From assembly GCA_030829545.1 (NCBI GenBank), contig JAURAI010000009.1:1041-65040 (forward strand): a stretch of DNA of 64,000 nucleotides. The letters are read 5' to 3'. The notes under the pieces are model-generated. The model saw only the letters and a program-made list of their open reading frames with translations. It ran no database searches and was not told where the DNA came from. Of this stretch, positions 1 to 9,454 are shown one piece after another. Both the position numbers and the translations under genes were made by a program. Origin of the DNA: Poseidonia sp. (GTDB lineage: Archaea > Thermoplasmatota > Poseidoniia > Poseidoniales > Poseidoniaceae). Position 1 is the first letter of the stretch, and every line of letters starts with the position of its first letter.

Positions 1-203
1 ATATTGAGTTCTTCGCTCATGTAATCAGCAAGACGTTGAGGGTTTTCATCGACGTTGGTATAATCATCTTTGATGCTGTAAGCAATGACAAAATCTTCTA
101 AATTTGGGCTTTCATTCTCGTCTTCTGAACCAAGACAACCCGCAAGGGATGCTGTGGCGATTAAAAATACGAGTATCGTTGATTTCAAAGTTCGTGTTTT
201 CAT
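1..203 (-). CDS. Secreted lipoprotein, N-terminal part only (gene runs off the window start); possibly a PhnD-like ABC solute-binding protein
   Basis: Reverse-strand ATG at 203..201 translates to MKTRTLKSTILVFLIATASLAGCLGSEDE..., a signal peptide plus lipobox (LAGC). It is absent from the ORF track because the window edge truncates it. The stretch ...ENPQRLADYMSEEL weakly resembles PhnD-type binding proteins. Confidence 0.5.
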   Translation of the reverse strand, partial: MKTRTLKSTILVFLIATASLAGCLGSEDENESPNLEDFVIAYSIKDDYTNVDENPQRLADYMSEELN

Positions 204-313
204 GCTAGGACCTACCGGTTTAGGCCGCCCTAAAAGTAACCCACTTATAGGTTTTCGTATGCCCTAAAAATAGGTAAAAGTGCCCTTCACGCCCTGAAAA
301 CAACTTTTGCGGA

Positions 314-386
314 TAGTCCCTCCCGGATTTGAACCGAGGTCGGAGGAACCAGAATCCTCCATGATGGACCGCTACACTAAGGGACT
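314..386 (-). tRNA. tRNA-Gln (anticodon CUG)
   Basis: Manual cloverleaf: acceptor AGTCCCT/AGGGACT, anticodon stem GAGGA/TCCTC with loop TTCTGGT, T-arm CTCGG-TTCAAAT-CCGGG, 4-nt variable loop. The 5' AGUCCC start is typical of archaeal tRNA-Gln. CCA is not encoded. Confidence 0.85.
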
Positions 387-438
387 CTCAACGAGCCCAA
401 GAGCGTGGCCTTCTTGAAATCAGCGGTGGCAGGTGAAC

Positions 439-633
439 TCAAATCGTTGCGAAGCGAGCCAAACCTTTGGAAACCCAAGAAAGCATCATGATGATCATAA
501 ATGAGGCAAGAGCATATTTTGCCCAAGGCCGAGTTGGTTTCGTTTCTGGCCACAGATCAATACCGAGAGCTTCAGCCTGTTCAATCAATTCCGCCATTTC
601 AGCAAGATGATCTTCAACAGACTCATGAGCCAT
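439..633 (-). CDS. Small hypothetical protein with C-terminal hydrophobic anchor
   Basis: 64-aa ORF in an otherwise empty spacer. It has an acidic helical N-terminus and a C-terminal hydrophobic segment (YALASFMIIMMLSWV). A TATA-like AAATAAAT lies about 25 nt upstream of the ATG. Confidence 0.4.
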   Translation of the reverse strand: MAHESVEDHLAEMAELIEQAEALGIDLWPETKPTRPWAKYALASFMIIMMLSWVSKGLARFATI

Positions 634-652
634 GGCACAGAATCAAATGCCG

Positions 653-660
653 ATTTATTT
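653..660 (-). promoter_or_regulatory. TATA-like box (AAATAAAT on the minus strand) for the 439..633 ORF
   Basis: AT-rich octamer centred about 24 nt upstream of the ATG at 633. The spacing fits an archaeal leaderless transcript. Confidence 0.3.
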
Positions 661-755
661 GAATGCGTCGCAGGAAGGGAACCAGAGCATTGCATTCCTC
701 ACAACCATCGTTCAGTGACACAAGTCTTTGAAAGGGCCAGCATCAAGCGGCATGT

Positions 756-2267
756 ATGAGTGAAGTCCCAGAAGGCATGATTGTGCCCAATCGAGGACGT
801 GGCCAAGCCCGGCCAACAGCGACCATGACACTCACTCGGGACGGTCCAAACGGGGTTGAAGTGCTGCTTGGCTTGCGCTCACAAACCATGAGAGCCTTTC
901 CAAATTACTGGGCCTTCCCGGGCGGAGGGGTATCGCGAGTTGACAAAGAAGCCGTTGAAGTACTGAACCAACTTGAGGGGCCTGAGGCTACAACGGTCGC
1001 CTGTATTCTACGAGAAATGAGCGAAGAGTTAGGTCTCACCATTACCGAGGACGGACTCCAACATCTTCCAGCCAAGGCTCGGGAAGACATCATTGAAGAC
1101 AAAACGAAGTGGCTCTTTCACGTCAAAAAGGGTACCTTTCCCATCCTTCGAAAGGGGATCAACGTACTCAGCCATCGCATTACTCCACCTTTTGGACCGG
1201 TTCAATTTGACAATGCATTTCTGCACCTGCATGCTGGCGATGCAGACACTGTACCTGAGATTGACTTGGAACCACAGACTGAATTCACTGAAATCATGTG
1301 GGCCGAACCACTTCAAATCATTCAACGCTGGAAAAACCACGAAATTAAGGTCGCACCGCCTGTTGTCACCTTGCTGATGGAGATTGAACGCACGCTTGAC
1401 CGGTTCCAACGAGACATGGAAAAGGCGGCTGATGACATTGCTCAACGTCGTCCGGGAAGGCGTTCCATCCTGTTTGCACACGGTGTCGAGGTCGTTCCCA
1501 TCAAGACCGCTACTTTACCACCTGCAGACCACACCAATTGCTATCTTGTGGGTGACCCAGAGGGCGGATTTATTCTCGTTGACCCCGCTGTGAGGATGCG
1601 AGAAGACATGGAAGTCTTGGCTACGGCTGTTGAACGCCATCTTGGTTCGCTTCAAGCAATTCTTTTCACCCATAGCCACAGCGATCACGTAGCGGATATG
1701 TCGCTCCTAAGGGAAGCCTTTGACGCCCCTATCTGGGGCAGCGAGTACACCAACAAGAGCCTGCCATGCGACCGGATTCTTTCCGACGGTGAAGAATTAC
1801 AACTTGGTGAACAGAAGTGGACGGTTCTCATCACACCAGGCCATCACCCTGGTCATGTCTGTTTGGTGAGCGAAGCAGGTTTGGTGGCGGGCGACATGGT
1901 GGCTGGCATTGGCACCATCCTCATCCCGCCGGGTACTGGCGACATGACCGCCTACATTCAACAACTTGAACGATTGAAGAATATGAACCCTCATCTGATT
2001 TTCCCCAGTCATGGCCCTGTCGTCGCCATGCCTCAGCGTTTGATTCAACACTACATTGACCATCGAAAAGCACGGCATGAGCGAGTGGCTACAGCAGTCC
2101 AAGAAGGCAAGCAAGGACTTGAGGAAATTGCAGCAGCCGCCTACGCAGACACACCCGATGCTCATCCAGGTTTGGCCGTTGACCAGACCCTCTCACACTT
2201 GGTTGCCCTTGAACGTGAAGGCCGCGTTGAGAAGCGTGCTGATGGCTGGCGAATGGAGGTTGAATAA
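756..2267 (+). CDS. Nudix hydrolase fused to a metallo-beta-lactamase-fold hydrolase with C-terminal winged-helix (LACTB2-like)
   Basis: N-terminal Nudix box (GGGVS...ILREMSEELGL). C-terminal MBL motif THSHSDHVAD plus HHPGH. The tail LSHLVALEREGRVEK resembles the winged helix that follows LACTB2-type MBL domains. Confidence 0.85.
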   Translation: MSEVPEGMIVPNRGRGQARPTATMTLTRDGPNGVEVLLGLRSQTMRAFPNYWAFPGGGVSRVDKEAVEVLNQLEGPEATTVACILREMSEELGLTITEDGLQHLPAKAREDIIEDKTKWLFHVKKGTFPILRKGINVLSHRITPPFGPVQFDNAFLHLHAGDADTVPEIDLEPQTEFTEIMWAEPLQIIQRWKNHEIKVAPPVVTLLMEIERTLDRFQRDMEKAADDIAQRRPGRRSILFAHGVEVVPIKTATLPPADHTNCYLVGDPEGGFILVDPAVRMREDMEVLATAVERHLGSLQAILFTHSHSDHVADMSLLREAFDAPIWGSEYTNKSLPCDRILSDGEELQLGEQKWTVLITPGHHPGHVCLVSEAGLVAGDMVAGIGTILIPPGTGDMTAYIQQLERLKNMNPHLIFPSHGPVVAMPQRLIQHYIDHRKARHERVATAVQEGKQGLEEIAAAAYADTPDAHPGLAVDQTLSHLVALEREGRVEKRADGWRMEVE

Positions 2268-3296
2268 ATGGGAAAGCGTGTTGTCATTCAGAAAGCTGGC
2301 GGAGTCAAAACAGTTACCACTCAACCCATGGAGAAACCAACACCAGCGGCAGATGAAGTTTGTATCAAGGTCGCATATGCTGGGATCAATTTTGCTGACC
2401 TCTTGATGCGAATGGGCTTCTACAATCCTCGGCCCCCTTACCCGTTCACGCCCGGATATGAAGTGAGCGGAGTGATCGACGAAGTCGGAAGTGAAGTCAC
2501 GGGTCTTGTACCAGGCCTTCGCGTGGTCGCAGCCATGCGAAACGGTGGTCAAGCAAGTTACGTTATCGCTCGCCCTGAACGAGTGCTGGTACTCCCCGAT
2601 TCTATTTCCTTGAAAACAGCGGCTGCAACACCTGTAACCTACCTTACAGCCCATCACATGTTGCACCACCTCGGCCATCTCAAGGCTGATGATCGTGTGC
2701 TTATTCATGGTGGAGCAGGAGGCGTGGGGACTGCTGCACTGCAACTCTGCCAGTGGGCAGGAGTCTCAAAGGTCTGGGCAACATCCTCCAAACCCAAACA
2801 TCACATCATCACAAAGTATGGCGCTCGTCCTATCGATCGACATAAAGAAGATTTTGTGGCCATCATCAACAATGAAACTCAGGGCAAAGGCGTGGACCAC
2901 ATTCTCGACCCGATTGGTGGTGAGCATCTCAAAAAGAGCCTCTCATCGCTTGCAGAAGGAGGACGCCTGTACACCTATGGCTTGTCTGCTGCGGCCCCTT
3001 CTGGAAAACGGTCCCTCCTGAAAGCCATGCTCGCTTTGAGAAAGAGCCCTCGCTTTGACCCCCTTCGACTCATGTCACGGAATCGAGGGGTCTTCGGCGT
3101 CCACATGGGTACGTGGGCCAATGAAGTCGTGATGCAGGAACAACTCAATAGAATTCTCGAGGGCATCCAGGAAGGTCGTCTCGAACCCATCATCGACTCG
3201 GTATTCCCTGCCGAGAAGGTCCAAGAAGCGCATCAATACATCCACGATGCGAAAAATATTGGAAAGGTTCTCTTGGAATTTGAAGCATCACCCTAA
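2268..3296 (+). CDS. Medium-chain dehydrogenase/reductase family NAD(P)H quinone oxidoreductase-like protein
   Basis: PGYEVSGVIDEVG and GGAGGVGTAALQL Rossmann motif. The ATG directly abuts the upstream TAA stop (TAAATG), which indicates translational coupling. Confidence 0.85.
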   Translation: MGKRVVIQKAGGVKTVTTQPMEKPTPAADEVCIKVAYAGINFADLLMRMGFYNPRPPYPFTPGYEVSGVIDEVGSEVTGLVPGLRVVAAMRNGGQASYVIARPERVLVLPDSISLKTAAATPVTYLTAHHMLHHLGHLKADDRVLIHGGAGGVGTAALQLCQWAGVSKVWATSSKPKHHIITKYGARPIDRHKEDFVAIINNETQGKGVDHILDPIGGEHLKKSLSSLAEGGRLYTYGLSAAAPSGKRSLLKAMLALRKSPRFDPLRLMSRNRGVFGVHMGTWANEVVMQEQLNRILEGIQEGRLEPIIDSVFPAEKVQEAHQYIHDAKNIGKVLLEFEASP

Positions 3297-3340
3297 TGCC
3301 TAATGAACCGTGGGGGACATATCTGTACTGAGGGTGTCCC

Positions 3341-5500
3341 ATGAAGAAAGCGATGTCCGGGTTTGACCTACGTGCCATGGCCCGCGAACTTGACGCTCTC
3401 AAGGGAGCCTATGTCAAGAAGGCCTACATGCCGCATTATGAGCAAATCGTTCTGCGCGTGAATCCAAAGGGAGAGGATCAACGAGACCTTGTCTTCGTGC
3501 GAGGCGAACGCATCTACACCGCCAAGCGTGACCGGCCCATGCCCATGACGCCTCCTCCCTTCGCCATGGTACTGCGCAAACATCTTCGGAATGCAAGATT
3601 GACAGGAGTGACACAGGTTGGTTTTGACCGTGTCTTGGCATTTTCCTTCGATACCAAGGATGGAGAGCGTACGCTCTTCGTCGAGGTGTTCCGGGACGGC
3701 AACATCATCCTTGTCGATGAAGAGAAGACGATTATTCAACCCCTTACCCATGCATCTTACGCTGGTCGTACCTTGAAGAAAGGGGTCACGTATACGCCGC
3801 CCCCTGCTGCTATGAATCCCTACAACCTCACCAAAGAGGACCTCGAAGAAATTCTAACCAACTCAGACAGAGATTTGGTCTCAACCTTGGGCGGAAAAGT
3901 AAATCTTGGAGGGACTCATGCAAATGCCGTTTGTTCATTGGCGAACATGGAGCCGAATTCACCACCAGAAGAGGCTGATGTGCAAGCGGTGTATGACGCT
4001 TTGAATACGCTCCTCACCGACCTTGACTCGGCTGAAGAGGCTTTTCTGATCTTGCGTTTCAATGATGAAGACAAGGCTGGCTGGGAGGAACAAATCGCCT
4101 CGATGGAAGTCGCAAGCAAGGAACAATGGTTGGCTGAGAGAGCCGTGGAAGCAACCCCCATTCTTCTACCCCAGCATGCTGAATCACCCCGAGTAAGTTT
4201 CAATTCACTTTGCGAATGCATTGACATTTGGAAGGGTGCACACGATGCTCATGCCCTCCAACGAAGAGAGGAAGAGCGTTTTGAACAGGCGGGCCCGGGA
4301 CGTGGGCAATCAACAGAAGTTGAACGACTTGAACGCCGTAAAGCACAGCAAGAGAAGGCCTTGGCGGGCTTCTCAACCAAAATTGAGAAGCAACAACGTC
4401 TCGGCCACCAGATTCAGGAGCATTGGACTCATGTTGAAACCCTGCTCAAACAGACTGCAGAAGCCGTTGAACGAAATGGATGGCCAGCCGTGAAAAAGGC
4501 AAGCAAGGACATTGCATGGATTGTCAGCCTGAATCCAGCTGAACGTCAATTCACCGTTCTTTTACCAGATGATGAAGGACAAGCCAAGGGCCCTCAGGTT
4601 CTCTTGGAACTTGATGCGAGCGTCCATCAGAATGCTCAACGATATTTCGAGGCAGCACGAAAGCAAAAGAACAAGACATCGGGTGCTGTTCTTGCTCTTG
4701 AAGAAACAGAACTTCAATTGAAACGTGCTCGGAAGAAGGAAGACAAGCAGCGAGCAAGTGGTAAATTGAATCGGCTGAAGCGAAGCAAGCGAATGTGGTT
4801 TGAACAACATCGCTGGGCCATGATTCCTGGAGGACATCTGCTGATCGGTGGAAAGGATGCAAAGGGCAACGATACCGTTGTGAAAAAGCACCTCTCTGGT
4901 GACGATATGTACCTTCACGCCGATTTACATGGTGCACCATCGTGTAGCTTGCGCGCCGCAACTGGCTTCGCCTTGGAAGAACGCAGGCCGTCTCATCTCC
5001 CCGCCGATATTCCTGCCTACAGACTGGTCGACAAATTGGAGGCCTCGCCCTTGAATGAAACCAAGCTGAATGATGCAGCCATGATGGCCTTGGCATGGAG
5101 CCGTGCTTGGAACAGTGGAGGCTCTCATGGAACGGTCTATAGCGTCAAGCCTGCTCAGGTTTCAAAGAGTGCACAGACCGGTGAATTTGTAGGAAAAGGT
5201 GCATTTGTCATTCGTGGTCAACGTACGTGGTACAAGGATTTGGACCTACGGCTTGGCATTGGTATCGTGGCAATCAACGGCGTTCCAATGATGCTTACCA
5301 GTACACCGGGACACATCAAAGAGATATGCCAACGCTATGCCATCCTGAGTCCAGGTTTAACAAAGAAAGACAGATTAGCCAATCAAATTTACAAAAATAC
5401 TGGACTATCAACCGATGATCTGCAAGCCATTTTACCGGGTGCATGCGATGTTCTTGAGGAACAAGGAATCCTTACAGCACCACATTCCGAAGAGGAATAG
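3341..5500 (+). CDS. NFACT-family protein (RqcH/Rqc2/FbpA homolog, ribosome quality control)
   Basis: The N-terminus MSGFDLRAMARELD...KAYMP...LRVN is typical of NFACT-N. There is a central coiled coil, and a C-terminal DUF814/NFACT-R-like block (GKDAKGNDTVVKKH...YLHADLHGAPSCSL). Confidence 0.85.
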   Translation: MKKAMSGFDLRAMARELDALKGAYVKKAYMPHYEQIVLRVNPKGEDQRDLVFVRGERIYTAKRDRPMPMTPPPFAMVLRKHLRNARLTGVTQVGFDRVLAFSFDTKDGERTLFVEVFRDGNIILVDEEKTIIQPLTHASYAGRTLKKGVTYTPPPAAMNPYNLTKEDLEEILTNSDRDLVSTLGGKVNLGGTHANAVCSLANMEPNSPPEEADVQAVYDALNTLLTDLDSAEEAFLILRFNDEDKAGWEEQIASMEVASKEQWLAERAVEATPILLPQHAESPRVSFNSLCECIDIWKGAHDAHALQRREEERFEQAGPGRGQSTEVERLERRKAQQEKALAGFSTKIEKQQRLGHQIQEHWTHVETLLKQTAEAVERNGWPAVKKASKDIAWIVSLNPAERQFTVLLPDDEGQAKGPQVLLELDASVHQNAQRYFEAARKQKNKTSGAVLALEETELQLKRARKKEDKQRASGKLNRLKRSKRMWFEQHRWAMIPGGHLLIGGKDAKGNDTVVKKHLSGDDMYLHADLHGAPSCSLRAATGFALEERRPSHLPADIPAYRLVDKLEASPLNETKLNDAAMMALAWSRAWNSGGSHGTVYSVKPAQVSKSAQTGEFVGKGAFVIRGQRTWYKDLDLRLGIGIVAINGVPMMLTSTPGHIKEICQRYAILSPGLTKKDRLANQIYKNTGLSTDDLQAILPGACDVLEEQGILTAPHSEEE

Positions 5501-5517
5501 TTGGCTAAAAACCGGTA

Positions 5518-7020
<1,503 letters not shown>

Positions 7021-7101
7021 AGGATTCCCTCATGTTTGGCCGCCTTCCGACCCTATTTAGCATGAACCGTGCTGAGGTGGCTACCAAGGGTCACCTTGAA
7101 C

Positions 7102-8298
7102 TCATGCTGAACTGCGCACGTACATGGCCACAGCATTCCCTCCACCGAGGCAGAGGGTGACGATACCGGATTGTGCTTCAAGCCGGCGCATGACGCCGAG
7201 GAGTGTGATCAAACAGCGAGTTCCACTTGCCCCCAGCGGGTGACCAAGGCTTACAGCACCACCGTGAAGATTGAACCGGTCGTCTGGAATCCCAACTTCT
7301 TGGGCCACAGCACACGATGCGGAAGCAAAGGCCTCGTTGTGTTCATAGACATCAACGTCCAATACGCCAAGTCCATTTCGCTCAAGAAGTGCCTGAACTG
7401 CGGGGATCGGAGCACTCATGACTCGGTGAGGCTCAACACCTGAAGTGCAGTAATCCTCTATGGTGGCAATGATGGTCCAACCTTGCTCAAGGGCGTAGGA
7501 TTCTTCGGCAATCAACACTGCACTTGCGCCGTCGTTGAGGGTGCTTGCATTTCCGGCGGTGACTGCTCCCTTCTTATCGAAGGCGGGGCGAAGTCCCGAG
7601 AGGGATTCCATCGTCGTCGAGGGGCGAATGCCCTCATCAGAGCCAAACATGATGGGGTCGGCTCGTCGCTGAGGGACTTCGATTGCAAAGGTTTCCCAAT
7701 CAAACCAACCGTTGTCCCAAGCTGCAGAAGCACGCTGCTGGCTTCGTAGAGCATATGCATCCATCGTTTCGCGTGAAATGTTGCATTCTTGAGCCACCGT
7801 CTCTCCAGTGGTCCCCATGTGGACGTCGTTGTAGACATCCCACAATCCGTCATGAATCATTGAATCAACAAGGGTTGAATTGCCCATCTTTGCTCCAGTT
7901 CGTTGCCCCATGAGTAATTGCGGAGCATTGCTCATGCTCTCCATGCCACCCGCAATGATGGCCTTGTATTCACCTGCACGTATGCTGTTTGCAGCCATCA
8001 TGGCTGCTTTGAGAGAAGAACCGCAAACTTTGTTGATGGTTGCACAAGGAATCGAGACCGGTAAGCCCGCTCCAAGAGCGACTTGGCGGGCAGGGTTCTG
8101 TCCCGAACCCGCTTGCAATACCTGGCCAAAGATTACCTCATCAATCACACCTGAGGAGGGTTCTATGTCCATCCTTGCCAGCAATTCCTTAACCGTCAAG
8201 ACGCCCAAATCCACTGCGCTGAACGAAGAGAGCGTACCAAGGAATTTTCCGATTGGCGTTCGAGCAACACCGCAGATCACCGCTTTTGGCTGGGACAT
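7102..8298 (-). CDS. Acetyl-CoA C-acetyltransferase (thiolase)
   Basis: VARTPIGKF, NKVCGSSLKA (active-site Cys) and C-terminal NEAFA...GGAVSLGHPLGASG...CLGGG motifs. The start is placed at the ATG (MSQPKAVICG) rather than the upstream TTG in the ORF track. Confidence 0.9.
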   Translation of the reverse strand: MSQPKAVICGVARTPIGKFLGTLSSFSAVDLGVLTVKELLARMDIEPSSGVIDEVIFGQVLQAGSGQNPARQVALGAGLPVSIPCATINKVCGSSLKAAMMAANSIRAGEYKAIIAGGMESMSNAPQLLMGQRTGAKMGNSTLVDSMIHDGLWDVYNDVHMGTTGETVAQECNISRETMDAYALRSQQRASAAWDNGWFDWETFAIEVPQRRADPIMFGSDEGIRPSTTMESLSGLRPAFDKKGAVTAGNASTLNDGASAVLIAEESYALEQGWTIIATIEDYCTSGVEPHRVMSAPIPAVQALLERNGLGVLDVDVYEHNEAFASASCAVAQEVGIPDDRFNLHGGAVSLGHPLGASGTRCLITLLGVMRRLEAQSGIVTLCLGGGNAVAMYVRSSA

Positions 8299-8384
8299 GA
8301 CCAACGCCAGCATGATGGATGCCTTCAAGGTGACCGTTGGTAAGAACGGAACTTGAGAAGGCTTGATGTGAGAGGCCTCGTGGC

Positions 8385-9215
8385 ATGGCCATGGCCAAGT
8401 TCAAAACCAATCTGGAACTCAATCGAAAACCTGACGAATTGCGAGATGTTGAAGTCACGCTTGACTTCACACCAAATGCCCTTGCATCGGTTCTTTACCG
8501 CCAAGGTAACACCGTTGTCCTCGCATGTTGCACCAAAGAAGCAAAACTACCTGGTTGGTTCCCGCGTGACGCCACCAAGGGATGGGTTCATGCCGAATAT
8601 TCCTTGTTGCCTGGTTCAACGGATTCTCGATTCCGTCGTGAGAGAAACGGTGCGAAGGGTCGAACACAAGAAATTGAGCGCCTGATTGCTCGCTCTCTGC
8701 GCGCAGCCGTAGATTTGGAAGCACTTGGACCCGTTGCGCTCAACGTGGACTGTGACGTTCTCAATGCAGACGGTGGTACCCGCTGCGCATCGATTACAGC
8801 GGCTAACATCGCGCTGCGCCTCGCCGTACGACGACTCATTGCATCAGGTGACTGCCTCCCCGTCGATCTTCGCCCTACCTTTGAGCAACGAAAAGAAGGC
8901 TGGGAGCCCCCATCAATGAGCGATGCTGAGCGCACCAACCACGAGAATGATGTCATTCGTCACGACCTCGCTGCTGTATCTGTAGGACTCATCGATGGAA
9001 ATGTTTACCTTGATTTGGATTACATCTTGGATTCAAATGCGGATGTTGACATGAATGTGATCAAAACCAGTGATGGCCGTTACGTTGAAATTCAAGGAAC
9101 CGGTGAAGAATCAACCTTTTCAGCAGAGGAATTGTCAGCCCTTCTTGCGTCTGCAGACGGCGGCATGGATTCTTTGTTCGTGCATCAACAACATGCCCTT
9201 GACGGAGCTGTTTGA
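8385..9215 (+). CDS. rph: Ribonuclease PH, bacterial type
   Basis: GWVHAEYSLLPGST, GRTQEIERLIARSLRAAVDL and DCDVLNADGGTRCASITAA match bacterial RNase PH rather than archaeal exosome Rrp41. It carries an insertion of about 30 aa (EQRKEGWEPPSMSDAERTNHEND). Confidence 0.85.
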   Translation: MAMAKFKTNLELNRKPDELRDVEVTLDFTPNALASVLYRQGNTVVLACCTKEAKLPGWFPRDATKGWVHAEYSLLPGSTDSRFRRERNGAKGRTQEIERLIARSLRAAVDLEALGPVALNVDCDVLNADGGTRCASITAANIALRLAVRRLIASGDCLPVDLRPTFEQRKEGWEPPSMSDAERTNHENDVIRHDLAAVSVGLIDGNVYLDLDYILDSNADVDMNVIKTSDGRYVEIQGTGEESTFSAEELSALLASADGGMDSLFVHQQHALDGAV

Positions 9216-9295
9216 TTCTTCAACGAATTGGGCATCTCGCCTTCACCATACCATCGGAAGGCTTGATATGGCGAGGGCGCTGGCAAGGCCTGCAC

Positions 9296-9371
9296 GGGTT
9301 AGTAGCTTAGTTGGGAGAGCGCGGCACTGAAGATGCCGAGGTCGCTGGTTCAAGTCCGGCCTAACCCACCA
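9296..9371 (+). tRNA. tRNA-Phe (anticodon GAA) with genomically encoded CCA
   Basis: Manual cloverleaf: acceptor GGGTTAG/CTAACCC, D-arm GCTT-AGTTGGGA-GAGC, anticodon arm CGGCA-CTGAAGA-TGCCG, T-arm GCTGG-TTCAAGT-CCGGC, then ACCA. Confidence 0.9.
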
Positions 9372-9412
9372 ACATCGCACATCCTACGAATGTATGCCCG
9401 TATGTTCGAGGG

Positions 9413-9417
9413 TTTTT
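9413..9417 (+). terminator. Oligo-T tract downstream of tRNA-Phe (candidate archaeal terminator)
   Basis: GAGGGTTTTTGC lies 42 nt after the tRNA 3' end. Archaeal RNA polymerase terminates at oligo-T runs. Confidence 0.3.
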
Positions 9418-9420
9418 GCA

Positions 9421-9430
9421 TTCTATAGAA
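9421..9430. promoter_or_regulatory. Perfect 10-bp palindrome TTCTATAGAA in the promoter region of the 9455 gene
   Basis: The element is self-complementary. It is followed by TATATT (9434-9439) and GGAGGT (9441-9446), which lies 8 nt before the TTG start at 9455. Confidence 0.3.
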
Positions 9431-9454
9431 TCGTATATTCGGAGGTAACTCTCA

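Noticed and set aside
85-267. 60-aa plus-strand ORF at the window start.
   Set aside because: It overlaps the minus-strand lipoprotein N-terminus (a clear signal peptide and lipobox) and has no recognisable features.
3314-3340. 6-bp inverted repeat GGGACA...TGTCCC ending exactly at the NFACT start codon.
   Set aside because: The stem is short with a 15-nt loop, so it is weak thermodynamically. It could be chance, and there is no supporting conservation information.
8189-8470. 93-aa ORF spanning the thiolase/RNase PH divergent spacer.
   Set aside because: It overlaps both flanking genes' 5' ends and has no motifs. The spacer is better explained as a divergent promoter.
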